64,000 nucleotides of DNA. Source: Desulfobacterales bacterium (GTDB taxonomy: Bacteria; Desulfobacterota; Desulfobacteria; Desulfobacterales; JAEINQ01). This document shows, piece by piece, positions 8,730-17,487 of this stretch. A model generated the notes under the pieces. It saw nothing but the letters and a program-made list of their open reading frames with translations, was not told the origin of the DNA and did no database searches. The position numbers and the translations under genes are program-made. Positions within the stretch are counted from its first letter, which is position 1, and every line of letters starts with the position of its first letter. The DNA is taken from NCBI GenBank assembly GCA_016342285.1, contig JAEINQ010000002.1:1-64000 (forward strand), in the 5' to 3' direction.

Positions 8730-8999
8730 ATGATCGAGGAATCTATCAACATTGCCGAGGCGAAAAAGCATTTTTCCGATTTGATCGGACAGGTGGCTTT
8801 TGCCAAAAAGCGGCTTCTCATCACCAAGCGCGGCAAACCCATGGCTCGTTTGGTTCCCGTGGAAGACGCGGAACACCGATTGAACGAGGCTCAAGGGTGG
8901 CTTGAAAACGATGATCCGTTTTTTGATACCATTGAAAACATCGTTTCAGAGCGGAAAAACCATATCCCGAGAGCGCTCTCCGGGCTGAAGAACCCGTGA
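8730..8999 (+). CDS. Phd/YefM family antitoxin (second vapBC-type module)
   Basis: MIEESINIAEAKKHFSDLIGQV...RGKPMARLVPVED; stop overlaps the start of the downstream PIN gene. Confidence 0.8.
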   Translation: MIEESINIAEAKKHFSDLIGQVAFAKKRLLITKRGKPMARLVPVEDAEHRLNEAQGWLENDDPFFDTIENIVSERKNHIPRALSGLKNP

Positions 9000-9415
9000 T
9001 GTATCTGCTCGATACCAATATCCTCAGCGAACTGATTAAAAAGCGCCCCGATCCCCTTTTCATCCAACGGCTTTCACGCCAGCCACCGGAGAACCTATTT
9101 ACATCCAGCATTTGCGTCATGGAACTGCGCATGGGAAGCGCCTTGCGGGATGACTATCCGGTTTTCTGGAAAAGGATCGAGGAACAAATCCTTTCTCGGA
9201 TCAACATCCTGCCCATCGGAGAAGAGGAGGCGAAGGTGGCCGGCGACATATTGGCCACGCTGCGAAAAGCCGGTCAATGGATCGGGATCGAAGATGTACT
9301 CATCGCTGCAACTGCTATATGCAACCGACTTACGGCCGTGACTGCCAATACTGGTCACTTCAGCAGAGTCGATGGATTACACGTGGAAAATTGGTTAGAG
9401 GGCCATCCAGGATGA
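8996..9415 (+). CDS. vapC: PIN-domain toxin VapC (second module)
   Basis: MYLLDTNILSELIK N-terminus, PIN acidic residues; 4-nt overlap with the antitoxin gene. Confidence 0.8.
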   Translation: MMYLLDTNILSELIKKRPDPLFIQRLSRQPPENLFTSSICVMELRMGSALRDDYPVFWKRIEEQILSRINILPIGEEEAKVAGDILATLRKAGQWIGIEDVLIAATAICNRLTAVTANTGHFSRVDGLHVENWLEGHPG

Positions 9416-9521
9416 TTGGATAGGGGCGGGAGATACGCGAGTCCGAAAATCGGTTTCCTATCTTCAGTTGGTTTGAAACAAAGTTTTTGCCACTTTTAAG
9501 GGTGAAAAGTTATTCAGACCA

Positions 9522-10250
9522 CTATTCAAGCCGGCCGTCGATATCGGACATGGCGGCCATGAAGCGTTTGCGGGCGTCTTGGGCATAAGGGTTGTAGCGG
9601 TTCATGTCCTCGAAGAGCTGCCAGGTGTCGTTTTCCACCACGCCGAGAATGTGCCGAAGCCGCTTGTACCCTTCGGTATCGATGGGCAGGTCTTCGGCCC
9701 CGAATCGGGCCAGGGATCGGCCGATGAAGTGGGTCAGGGCCAGGGTGACGGCGATCTGCCGGTCATGTTCTTCGGGTGAGGTGTCGAACACCTTCAGTCC
9801 CTTGGCCGTAAGATAGGCCAACATATTGTCGAATCGTTTTTCTTCAATGCGGACCCGGCACAGCACAATCTTCCGGCCGGACAGGGAGTCGGCGGCACTG
9901 TCCGGTCCGAACATGGGGTGGGTGGCCAGGATGGAGACATGGTCGGGCAGGGCTTCGGTCATCCATCGGGCCGGCAGGGTTTTGACCGAACAGACATCCA
10001 CCACAACGGTCCCGGGGTTGAGCATGGGGGCGATCCGTTTCAGCGTCGGCTCCATGGCCGAGATGGGCACGCAGAGGATCACCAGCTTCTGGGCGCAGAC
10101 CGCCTCCAGCGAGTCGACTACCGATCCGAGCCGGACGACTTCGTCGGTCTTTCCCGGTGCGGTGTAGACCTTGACCTCAAAATCTTCGGCCAGGTACCTG
10201 GCGGTGAGCTTTCCGAAGCGGCCGAATCCAATGATACCAATCATAGTCAC
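9522..10250 (-). CDS. tyrA: Prephenate/arogenate dehydrogenase
   Basis: N-terminal Rossmann fold IGIIGFGRFG, VVVDVCSVK and HPMFGP motifs typical of TyrA; last gene of the minus-strand aro cluster. Confidence 0.75.
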   Translation of the reverse strand: MTMIGIIGFGRFGKLTARYLAEDFEVKVYTAPGKTDEVVRLGSVVDSLEAVCAQKLVILCVPISAMEPTLKRIAPMLNPGTVVVDVCSVKTLPARWMTEALPDHVSILATHPMFGPDSAADSLSGRKIVLCRVRIEEKRFDNMLAYLTAKGLKVFDTSPEEHDRQIAVTLALTHFIGRSLARFGAEDLPIDTEGYKRLRHILGVVENDTWQLFEDMNRYNPYAQDARKRFMAAMSDIDGRLE

Positions 10251-10263
10251 CTAACTTAACGGC

Positions 10264-10409
10264 TCTGTAAAAAACCCGAACTCTGCGTTACGCGAACCCT
10301 TCGTCATTGCGGCGTACGGCTTGTACAGCCTCATTCCTCAGGATTCGCAAGCCTTGATTGCGGGCTTTTTCCAAAACCGTCTGAAAAAAGAATTTTTTAC
10401 GAGAGTATC
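10264..10409 (+). repeat. Repeat family R, copy 1 (~145 bp), with imperfect terminal inverted repeats CGTAAAAAACCCGAA ... TTCGGGCTTTTTACG-like and an internal GGCTTGTACAGCC hairpin
   Basis: Aligns with 11721-11869 (inverted), 12974-13012 (partial) and 20325-20462. Confidence 0.7.
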
Positions 10410-10455
10410 TTCCTTGAGCCTGTCGCAATTTCGGCAACCGTTCAATCTTGACAGT

Positions 10456-10579
10456 CCCGTAAAAAGTCGAAAACCATTTTTTATCGTCATTCCAGCGCAG
10501 GCGGGAATCCAGTCATTTCAAATGGTTCTGGATGCCTGCCTTCGCAGGCATGACGAGATTTGGGGCTTTTTACGGTTTC
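10456..10579. repeat. Smaller nested inverted-repeat structure (CCCGTAAAAAGTCGAAAACC ... GGGGCTTTTTACGGTTTC) flanking internal GCAGGC..GCCTGC hairpins
   Basis: Shares the CGTAAAAAG / CTTTTTACG terminal motif with repeat family R. Confidence 0.4.
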
Positions 10580-10580
10580 A

Positions 10581-11738
10581 TCAATCTTGGAGGAATTTTC
10601 TTATTCGTTCAAATCCGTCTCCAATCCGGTCTTCGGCCACGGCATAGGATATGCGCACAAAACCCGGTGCACCGAAAGCCTCGCCGGGCACCATGGCCAC
10701 GCCGGTCTTATCAAGTACCCCCATGCAGAAAGCTTCGGCCGTCTCGCCGGTTTTCAAACGTCCGGAGATGTCGGCAAAGAGGTAAAAAGCCCCTTCAGGC
10801 CGCAGGCAGTCGAAGAGGTTCGATGCCAGGCCATAAGCGATGTCCCGCCGCCGGCTCATCCGTGCCAGCAGATTCGGCATCAGGGTCTCTTCGATCTCCA
10901 GGGCGGCCAGGGCACCGTGCTGGACAAAGGTGCAGACATTTCCCGAGGCGTGGCTGAGGATTTTTTCCATGGCACGAGCGACTTCGACCGGCGCCGCCGC
11001 ATAACCGACCCGAAAACCGGTCATGGCGAAGGGTTTGGAAAAACTCCGGGTGACGATGACGCGGTCCCTGGCCCCGGTCCAGTCAAAGGGGCTGACATGG
11101 CGCCCGCCGTCGTAAACAAAGGCGTCATAGGCCTCGTCCGAGAGGAGAAACAGGTCTTTTTCCATGCACAGGGCAACGATGGCGGCCAGTTCGTCTTCGG
11201 TATAGACCGCACCCGTGGGGTTGTTGGGAGAATTGACCAGCACTGCCCGGGTGCGGGGGGTGACCGCCGCAGCCACGGCCCCGGCATCAAGCCGGTGACC
11301 GAGGGAGGCGACCATCACCGGTTCGGCTCCGGCCAGGCGGACCTGTTCGGGAAAACTCACCCAGCATGGCGAGGGGATGATTACCTGGTCCCCGGGGTCG
11401 CAGATGGCCTGGAAGATCAGGTAGAGGGCCTGCTTGGACCCGTTGGTGATGACGATGTTTTCAGCGCTGCCACCCGCAAACCGCCGGGCGATACACCGTC
11501 GCAGTTCAGGCAGTCCGGCCGTGGGGCCGTAGCGGGTGTGTCCCTCGGCCATGGCTTTCTGGGTTGCTTCGATGATGCGGCGTGGTGTGGGGAAATCGGG
11601 CTCGCCCACGGCGAAATTAATCACTTCCCGGCCCTGGCGGCGAAGTTCGGCCATGGCCGGAATGAACCGGGCGGTCCGGGACGGTTCGATTTGGGTCGCA
11701 CGTTTGGATAAATTCATTTTCGATACGCTCGCAATCAT
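10581..11738 (-). CDS. Class I/II pyridoxal-phosphate-dependent aminotransferase (aspartate/aromatic type)
   Basis: Class-I aminotransferase fold blocks (GEPDFPTP, NSPNNPTG, SFSKPFAMTG..R with the PLP lysine context); embedded in the aro/tyrA cluster. True start may be the internal Met (MNLSKR) at 11717. Confidence 0.8.
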   Translation of the reverse strand: MIASVSKMNLSKRATQIEPSRTARFIPAMAELRRQGREVINFAVGEPDFPTPRRIIEATQKAMAEGHTRYGPTAGLPELRRCIARRFAGGSAENIVITNGSKQALYLIFQAICDPGDQVIIPSPCWVSFPEQVRLAGAEPVMVASLGHRLDAGAVAAAVTPRTRAVLVNSPNNPTGAVYTEDELAAIVALCMEKDLFLLSDEAYDAFVYDGGRHVSPFDWTGARDRVIVTRSFSKPFAMTGFRVGYAAAPVEVARAMEKILSHASGNVCTFVQHGALAALEIEETLMPNLLARMSRRRDIAYGLASNLFDCLRPEGAFYLFADISGRLKTGETAEAFCMGVLDKTGVAMVPGEAFGAPGFVRISYAVAEDRIGDGFERIRKFLQD

Positions 11739-11869
11739 TCTATCGACAGACGGTTTCGTAAAAAGCCCGAAATCAAGGCTTGCGAATCCTGAGTAATGAG
11801 GCTGTACAAGCCGTACGCCGCAATGACGAAGGGTTTGCGTAACGCAGAGTTAGGGTTTTTTACGGAACC
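11721..11869 (-). repeat. Repeat family R, copy 2, inverted relative to copy 1, filling the aroC-aminotransferase gap
   Basis: Reverse complement aligns along ~150 nt with 10264-10409. Confidence 0.7.
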
Positions 11870-11871
11870 GG

Positions 11872-12957
11872 TCAGGACCTCATTTTTTGCCTAAGGGCCA
11901 GATCGGCGAAAACCAGGGCGGCCATGGCCTCCACAATGGGCACGGCCCGGGGGACCACGCAGGGATCGTGACGTCCCTTGGCCTCCAGCCGAACCGGCAG
12001 GCCGTTGAAATCGGCGGTTTCCTGGGCCATTCCGATGGTGGCCGGCGGCTTGAAGGCGACACGGAAGATCACCGGTTCGCCGTTGGTGATCCCCCCTTGG
12101 ATGCCGCCGCTGAAGTTGGTGGCGGTGCCGAGCCGTTTGCCCTTGGCAACAAAGGGGTCGTTGTGGCCCGATCCGCGCATGGTGCTGCCGCAGAAACCGC
12201 TTCCGATCTCAAACCCCTTGGTGGCCGGGATTGAGAGCATGGCCTGGGCCAGCATGGCCTCGGCCTTGTCAAAGACCGGTTCTCCCAGGCCCGGTGGAAG
12301 ATTTCGGCAGACACAAGAGACAATTCCCCCCAGCGAGTCCGCGGTGTCCCTGGCTTGCGCGACGGCATGGGTCATTGTTTCGGCCGTTTCCGGGTGAGGG
12401 CACCGGATCGGGGTTTTGTCGACGGCCGGGCGAGACATGGCTTCAGTGTCCGGTTCCGGTGCCTGGACCTCGCCCACAGCGCTGACCCAGGCGACGATTT
12501 CCACGCCCCAGGTGTTGGCCAAAAAGCTTTCGGCCACCGCACCGGCCGCCACCCGGCCGATGGTTTCCCGGGCGCTGGAACGCCCCCCACCACTGGCCGC
12601 CCGAATTCCGTATTTCATCTGATAGGTATAATCGGCGTGAGACGGCCGGGGGATATTGGACATGGTCTTGTAGTCACCGGGACGCTGGTCCCGATTGGCC
12701 ACGCTCATGGCAACCGGTGTTCCCAGGGTCAAACCGTTTTCCACGCCGGAAAGGATGGTGACCCGGTCGGCCTCGTCGCGGTCCGTGGTCAGTTTGCTCT
12801 GGCCGGGGCGCCGGCGGTCGAGCTGTCCTTGGATGTCCGCTTCGCTTAAGGGCATCCGCGGTGGGCAGCCGTCCACCACCACCCCCACGGCCCGACCGTG
12901 GGACTCGCCGAAGGTGGTGATTTTGAACAGGGTACCGAAGGTGCTGGACATGGTCAT
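11872..12957 (-). CDS. aroC: Chorismate synthase
   Basis: FGESHG N-terminus and conserved AroC blocks throughout. Confidence 0.9.
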   Translation of the reverse strand: MTMSSTFGTLFKITTFGESHGRAVGVVVDGCPPRMPLSEADIQGQLDRRRPGQSKLTTDRDEADRVTILSGVENGLTLGTPVAMSVANRDQRPGDYKTMSNIPRPSHADYTYQMKYGIRAASGGGRSSARETIGRVAAGAVAESFLANTWGVEIVAWVSAVGEVQAPEPDTEAMSRPAVDKTPIRCPHPETAETMTHAVAQARDTADSLGGIVSCVCRNLPPGLGEPVFDKAEAMLAQAMLSIPATKGFEIGSGFCGSTMRGSGHNDPFVAKGKRLGTATNFSGGIQGGITNGEPVIFRVAFKPPATIGMAQETADFNGLPVRLEAKGRHDPCVVPRAVPIVEAMAALVFADLALRQKMRS

Positions 12958-12973
12958 TTCCCTTAATGGTGGC

Positions 12974-13012
12974 GGTTCCGTAAAAATCCCGAACTCTGCG
13001 TTACGGAAATCC
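12974..13012 (+). repeat. Repeat family R, partial copy 3 (5' ~39 nt only) in the aroK-aroC gap
   Basis: GGTTCCGTAAAAATCCCGAACTCTGCGTTACGGAAATCC matches the 5' end of copies 1, 2 and 4. Confidence 0.5.
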
Positions 13013-13086
13013 AGACTTTTTATGAGGTTGTCAAAATTTATAAAAGTGTTTCATAACCACAAAGCCACAAAGATCACAAAGGTTTT

Positions 13087-13731
13087 TTATTCGACATTCC
13101 GGAGTTCGGCCAGAACGAGGTTGCAAACAGTTTCGATGGTCTTCCCGTCCGTGTCCACGGTCAGATCCGCAGCCTCGGCGTACAGGGGCTTGCGCCGGGC
13201 CAGGGTGTCGCGGACCTCTTCTTCGAGCCCCTTGTCGGTCAGGGCCGGCCGAAGTGACCCGGTTTGGGCGTCGGCCCCCATGCGGGATAGAATGGTTTCC
13301 GCCGAAGCCCTCAGCCAGACCGTTGTTCCTGATTGTTTCAGCACGGCGCGGTTTTGAAGATCGATCACCACGCCGCCACCGGTGGCGACGATCTGTCCGT
13401 CCATACCGGCCAGCCGGGCGAGCACCTCTTTCTCCATTTTGCGAAATACCGACCAGCCATCCCGGGCCACGATCCGGGCCACGGTGGCACAGGCGTGTTC
13501 CTCCAGAGCCCGGTCCGCATCGGTAAAAGGCCTTCCCAGGATTTGGGCCAGGGTTTTTCCTACCGACGTCTTACCGGTGCAGCGAAAGCCGATGAGGTAG
13601 AGGTTGGGGGCTGGTTGAATCGGTTTGCCGGGTTGGGTTGGTTTCATTGGTCTTATCGGTTTGCTGGTTTTATGGGATGTCGCTGCTTTTCCATGCCATG
13701 TCACGCCTGTTCGCCAACCAATCAAACCCAT
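13087..13731 (-). CDS. aroK: Shikimate kinase with a Pro-rich N-terminal extension
   Basis: Walker A GFRCTGKTSVGK, shikimate kinase core. N-terminal KPIRPMKPTQPGKPIQP extension may be untranslated if the internal Met (13647) is the true start. Confidence 0.8.
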   Translation of the reverse strand: MGLIGWRTGVTWHGKAATSHKTSKPIRPMKPTQPGKPIQPAPNLYLIGFRCTGKTSVGKTLAQILGRPFTDADRALEEHACATVARIVARDGWSVFRKMEKEVLARLAGMDGQIVATGGGVVIDLQNRAVLKQSGTTVWLRASAETILSRMGADAQTGSLRPALTDKGLEEEVRDTLARRKPLYAEAADLTVDTDGKTIETVCNLVLAELRNVE

Positions 13732-13755
13732 TCAACCAACGCAACCAATCAAACC
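13715..13755. repeat. Two copies of a 14-bp direct repeat (period 27 nt) spanning the aroA stop / aroK start
   Basis: Minus strand reads GGTTTGATTGGTTGcgttggttgaatgGGTTTGATTGGTTG, encoding GLIGCVG-stop in aroA and MGLIGW in aroK. Confidence 0.6.
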
Positions 13756-15009
13756 GCCTTCAAAGACGTCCCAGAAATTGGGAAATGATTTCTCCACGCA
13801 GCCGGGATCGGTGATGATCACGCCGGGCACCTTCAGGCCGGCCACGGCAAAGCTCATGGCAATGCGGTGGTCGTCATAGGTTTGAATTTCAGCGCCGGTG
13901 GGCTTTCCGCCGGTGACGATCAGGTCGTTTTCCGTGCTTCGAGCGTCAATACCCATTCGCCCCAACTCCGCGGTCACGGCACCCAGTCGGTCGCTCTCCT
14001 TGGCGCGCAGGTGGGCCACATTTTCGATGATGGTGGTTCCCCGGGCAAAGGCAGCCACCACGGCCAGGGTCGGCACCATGTCGGGCATGTCGGCCATGTC
14101 CACCGTGATGGCGCAAAGACCCCTCCCGGTTACCGAGATGCCGTCGGTTTCATGGGCTACCGTACAGCCCATTCTTCCCAGGACCTCTGCCAGGCGCACA
14201 TCCCCCTGTCGGGAGTCCGACCGTGTTTGGCTGACCTTCACGGTTGCTCCGGTGATTGCCGCAGCGGCCCAGAAGTAGCCGGCCTGAGAAGCGTCTGGTT
14301 CCACGCGATAACGGCCGCTTCGATAGACCTGGTTGCCGGGAACGACAAACCGGGCATATCCGTCCCGTTCAACGCTGACGCCGAAGCGCTCCAGAATATC
14401 GAGGGTCATGTCCACGTAGGGCCGGGAGACCGGTCCTTCGGTCACGGCAATGTCGAGGCCATTTTTTGTGCACGGGGCCATTAGAAGAAGGGACGATAGG
14501 AACTGGCTGCTCACCGCACATCGGAGGCGCACTGCCTTGCCGGCCACCGGCGTGCCCGTGACGGCCACGGGCGGGCACCCGTTGTTGCGGATGCTTCGGG
14601 CTTCGATCCCGAGCAGGTTCAGGCTGTCGATGAGATCCTGGATGGGTCGCTGCCCCATCCGTTCGGTTCCGGTCAGGGTATAGACCCCTTCTCCCAGGGC
14701 GACCACTCCGGTGAGCAGCCGCATGGAGGTGCCGCTGTTTTCTAAGTAGATCGGGTCCTGGCACGGGGCCAACCGTCCCCTTCGCCCTTCGATATGGATC
14801 CGGTCTTCTTCCCTGCGAATATCAATGCCCATTTTCTCCAGGGCGGAAAGGGTCAGCCGGGTGTCCCGGCTGTTCAAGGGGTTGTGCACCGTGCAGGGTC
14901 CGTTGGACAAGGCCGCTGCGATGAACATCCGGTGGGTATAGCTCTTGGAACCGGGCACGGTCACTTTATAGTTGCGCCCGGCCATATCCATGGGAAGAAT
15001 TCGCTTCAT
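13732..15009 (-). CDS. aroA: 3-phosphoshikimate 1-carboxyvinyltransferase (EPSP synthase)
   Basis: VPGSKSYTHR, LLTGV..LGEG and LRAKESDRL blocks typical of EPSPS. Confidence 0.9.
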   Translation of the reverse strand: MKRILPMDMAGRNYKVTVPGSKSYTHRMFIAAALSNGPCTVHNPLNSRDTRLTLSALEKMGIDIRREEDRIHIEGRRGRLAPCQDPIYLENSGTSMRLLTGVVALGEGVYTLTGTERMGQRPIQDLIDSLNLLGIEARSIRNNGCPPVAVTGTPVAGKAVRLRCAVSSQFLSSLLLMAPCTKNGLDIAVTEGPVSRPYVDMTLDILERFGVSVERDGYARFVVPGNQVYRSGRYRVEPDASQAGYFWAAAAITGATVKVSQTRSDSRQGDVRLAEVLGRMGCTVAHETDGISVTGRGLCAITVDMADMPDMVPTLAVVAAFARGTTIIENVAHLRAKESDRLGAVTAELGRMGIDARSTENDLIVTGGKPTGAEIQTYDDHRIAMSFAVAGLKVPGVIITDPGCVEKSFPNFWDVFEGGLIGCVG

Positions 15010-15040
15010 GATTCAAGTCTTTCCAATACGGTTTCGCGCA

Positions 15041-16069
15041 TCAATCCAGGGACCGGACCGCCTCTTTGAGTTCAGTCAGGGTGATCTTTTCCACCACCGC
15101 CCTGCCGATGCCGTCGAGAAGGACGAAGTGAATGAATTCCCCTTCCCGTTTCTTGTCTTTTCTCATCACTTCGAATAGTTTTTCCGGTTCACATTCCAGC
15201 CGGGTGGGAAGACCCATGGTATCGATGAGATTCTCCATGCGCCCCAACTCTGATGGGGTCAAAAGGCCCCGGCCCATGGACAAGGCCCCGGCGACCACCA
15301 TTCCGATGGCCACGGCCTCGCCGTGGGGGACCCCGGTCATTTTTTCCACGGCGTGCCCGAAGGTGTGGCCGAAATTGAGCTTGCGGCGCTCCCCGGTCTC
15401 CTTTTCGTCGCGGTTGACCACCGCCGATTTGATCATGACCGAGTCGTAGACAAGTTTTTCCACCACTTCGCGTTCCAGTTCCAGCAGGCGGTGGCCGTTT
15501 TCTTCCAGATAGGCGAAGAGGCGTTTGTCGGCGATGGCTGCATGCTTGATGATTTCGGCCGCCCCGGAAAGGATTTCTCGCTGGGGAAGGGTGACGAGCA
15601 GGTCCGGATCGCAGATGACAAATTTGGGTTGGTTGAAGACACCGGCCATGTTCTTGAAGCCGCCCACGTTGACACCGTTCTTCCCGCCCACCGAGGCGTC
15701 CACCTGGGCGAGCAGGGTGGCGGCGACAAATCCGAATGGAACGCCGCGAAGGTAGGTTGATGCTACAAAGCCGGCCACATCGCAGACAATGCCGCCCCCC
15801 ACGGCTACGATAAAGCTTGTGCGGTCCGCTCCCAGGCCCATGAGTTCCTCATAGAGCCGGCCCACGGTTGCCAGGTTTTTTTCCGCCTCGCCCGTGCCCA
15901 TGGTCAGCACCGGGCAGTCGGGGAGAAGGTGCCCGTAAAGACGTTTGATATTATCATCGGTGACCACCACGGTTTTCTCCGTGGGCACGTAGCGGGGCAG
16001 ATCCGCCAGTCGTTCGCCCACCATGACGGTGGTGTCGCCGGTGCTGCCATGAATCTCGGCAATTTGCAT
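15041..16069 (-). CDS. aroB: 3-dehydroquinate synthase
   Basis: GGG.V.D..GF.A Rossmann/metal-binding blocks of DHQ synthase. Confidence 0.9.
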   Translation of the reverse strand: MQIAEIHGSTGDTTVMVGERLADLPRYVPTEKTVVVTDDNIKRLYGHLLPDCPVLTMGTGEAEKNLATVGRLYEELMGLGADRTSFIVAVGGGIVCDVAGFVASTYLRGVPFGFVAATLLAQVDASVGGKNGVNVGGFKNMAGVFNQPKFVICDPDLLVTLPQREILSGAAEIIKHAAIADKRLFAYLEENGHRLLELEREVVEKLVYDSVMIKSAVVNRDEKETGERRKLNFGHTFGHAVEKMTGVPHGEAVAIGMVVAGALSMGRGLLTPSELGRMENLIDTMGLPTRLECEPEKLFEVMRKDKKREGEFIHFVLLDGIGRAVVEKITLTELKEAVRSLD

Positions 16070-16080
16070 GAACCGCTCCT

Positions 16081-17157
16081 TTACCAGGCCGCTGCCGTCG
16101 GGCCTTCGCGTCGGGCCCTGTCCAGTTTTTCATGGGCTCCGAGGATGAGTTTCTCCGTGGTCTCCCAGGAGATGCATTCGTCGGTGATGGAAACGCCGTA
16201 TTTCAGCGCCGACACATCACCGGTATACTTCTGGCTGCCTTCAAAGAGGTTGCTCTCCAGCATCAACCCCACCAGAGCATCGTTACCTGCTATAACCTGA
16301 TCGACGACATTTTTCCAGACAATGGCTTGGCCCTGGTATTTTTTCATGGAATTGGCATGGGAGCAGTCGATGACAATCGCCTCGGGGAGCCCCTTTTCGA
16401 TAAGGTTCAACCGGGTCTGTTCAATACTGATGGGATCGTAGTTGGGCCGCTTTCCCCCGCGCAGCACCACATGGCCCAGTTCGTTTCCCGTGGTTTTGAC
16501 CACGCAGGTCCGGCCCTGCTGGTCGATTCCCAAAAAGCTTTGGGGGGCGCGGGCCGCCACCATGGCGTTGATGGCCGACGCCAGGTTGCCGTCGGTACCG
16601 TTCTTGAAGCCCACGGGCATGGAGAGGCCGCTGGCCATTTCCCGATGGGTCTGGCTTTCGGTGGTGCGGGCGCCAATGGCCGACCAGCTCACCAGATCGT
16701 CCACGTATTGGGGGGTGATGGGCTCGAGCATCTCAGTGGCCGTGGGAACCCCCATGTTAATAATGGCCAGCAAGATGCGACGGGCCTTGTGAAGTCCGGC
16801 CACCATGTCGCAGGTGCCGTCCAGGTTCGGGTCGTTGATCAGCCCTTTCCAGCCGGTGGTGGTCCGCGGTTTTTCGAAGTAGACCCGCATGACGATATAG
16901 AGGGTGTCCGAGACCCGGTCGCGAAGGTCGCGGATCTTTTCGGCGTATTCCAGGGCAGCCTTTTCGTCGTGGATGGAACACGGTCCGACCACCACCAGCT
17001 GCCGGCGGTCTTCCCGGTGAAGAATTTTACGAATGGCCTCGCGGCTGTCGGCGACGGTTTCGTTGGCCGCCGCGGTGATGGGCAGTTCCTGTTTCAGGCT
17101 TATGGGTGTCATGAGTGCCACATACTCCTTGACCCTCAGGTCGGATGTGCGTTTCAT
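16081..17157 (-). CDS. aroG: 3-deoxy-7-phosphoheptulonate (DAHP) synthase, class I-alpha
   Basis: LLVVVGPCSIHD, IVMRVYFEKPRTTTGWKGLINDP, GARTTESQTHRE, FKNGTDG match AroG/F/H-type DAHP synthases almost block for block. Confidence 0.9.
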   Translation of the reverse strand: MKRTSDLRVKEYVALMTPISLKQELPITAAANETVADSREAIRKILHREDRRQLVVVGPCSIHDEKAALEYAEKIRDLRDRVSDTLYIVMRVYFEKPRTTTGWKGLINDPNLDGTCDMVAGLHKARRILLAIINMGVPTATEMLEPITPQYVDDLVSWSAIGARTTESQTHREMASGLSMPVGFKNGTDGNLASAINAMVAARAPQSFLGIDQQGRTCVVKTTGNELGHVVLRGGKRPNYDPISIEQTRLNLIEKGLPEAIVIDCSHANSMKKYQGQAIVWKNVVDQVIAGNDALVGLMLESNLFEGSQKYTGDVSALKYGVSITDECISWETTEKLILGAHEKLDRARREGPTAAAW

Positions 17158-17267
17158 TATTCAATCCTTTCGGTAAAAGAAAAATCAGTGATGGGTCGGA
17201 TTTTCCGCCGGATCCTAAAAAAGTGGTTGTCGTACCTGCCGTAGTACATGCTTTCCTCCCGGGATCT

Positions 17268-17308
17268 GCTGAAAACAGAAAAGCCGTGGTCGGTGTTTCC
17301 GCCACGGC
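17268..17308 (-). terminator. Intrinsic terminator B in the aroG leader (stem GCCGTGG/CCACGGC, then a U-rich tract on the minus transcript)
   Basis: AAGCCGTGGTCGGTGTTTCCGCCACGGCTT, followed on the minus strand by UUCUGUUUUC. Confidence 0.5.
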
Positions 17309-17315
17309 TTTTGCA

Positions 17316-17345
17316 TAAAAAAACCGCGGGCTGGTCTGCCCGCGG
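17316..17345 (-). terminator. Intrinsic terminator A in the aroG leader (GC stem CCGCGGGC/GCCCGCGG followed by U7 on the minus transcript)
   Basis: + strand ATAAAAAAACCGCGGGCTGGTCTGCCCGCGG; the minus-strand transcript gives the hairpin then UUUUUUUAU. Confidence 0.65.
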
Positions 17346-17371
17346 CTTGTTCGCTGTTATGTCGTTATGGC

Positions 17372-17452
17372 TCAGCGCATGCCCGGCAGACCGGTACCAA
17401 AATAAAAGTACCAAAAATAAAAATAGAATCCGCCGGAAAATTTGCTTACCAT
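17372..17452 (-). CDS. Candidate attenuation leader peptide (26 aa) MVSKFSGGFYFYFWYFYFGTGLPGMR with ten consecutive Phe/Tyr/Trp codons
   Basis: ATG at 17452-17450 preceded by AAGGAAAC. Codons read TTC TAT TTT TAT TTT TGG TAC TTT TAT TTT. Stop TGA (17374-17372) lies about 26 nt upstream of terminator A. An internal GGUAC-UUUUAUUUUG-GUACC hairpin overlaps the aromatic codon run. Confidence 0.6.
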   Translation of the reverse strand: MVSKFSGGFYFYFWYFYFGTGLPGMR

Positions 17453-17487
17453 GAAATCGTTTCCTTGGTCGTTGATTTTCCGGTCAC

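Noticed and set aside
10560-11711. 383-aa plus-strand ORF inside the aminotransferase gene (similar antisense ORFs occur at 321..1217, 16132..17244, 21830..22891, 31249..32505, 33469..35049, 30160..30948, 37166..38053 and 45078..45980)
   Set aside because: All lie antisense to, or out of frame with, strongly supported genes and translate to G/R/P/A-rich low-complexity sequence with no recognisable domains.
17157-17414. Track ORF of 85 aa on the minus strand (MVLLFWYRS...) that also begins with aromatic residues
   Set aside because: It starts with TTG, runs straight through both terminator hairpins and ends at the aroG start. The ATG-start 26-aa peptide in another frame with a proper RBS is the better leader-peptide candidate, so this ORF is treated as a frame artefact of the same aromatic-codon-rich sequence.
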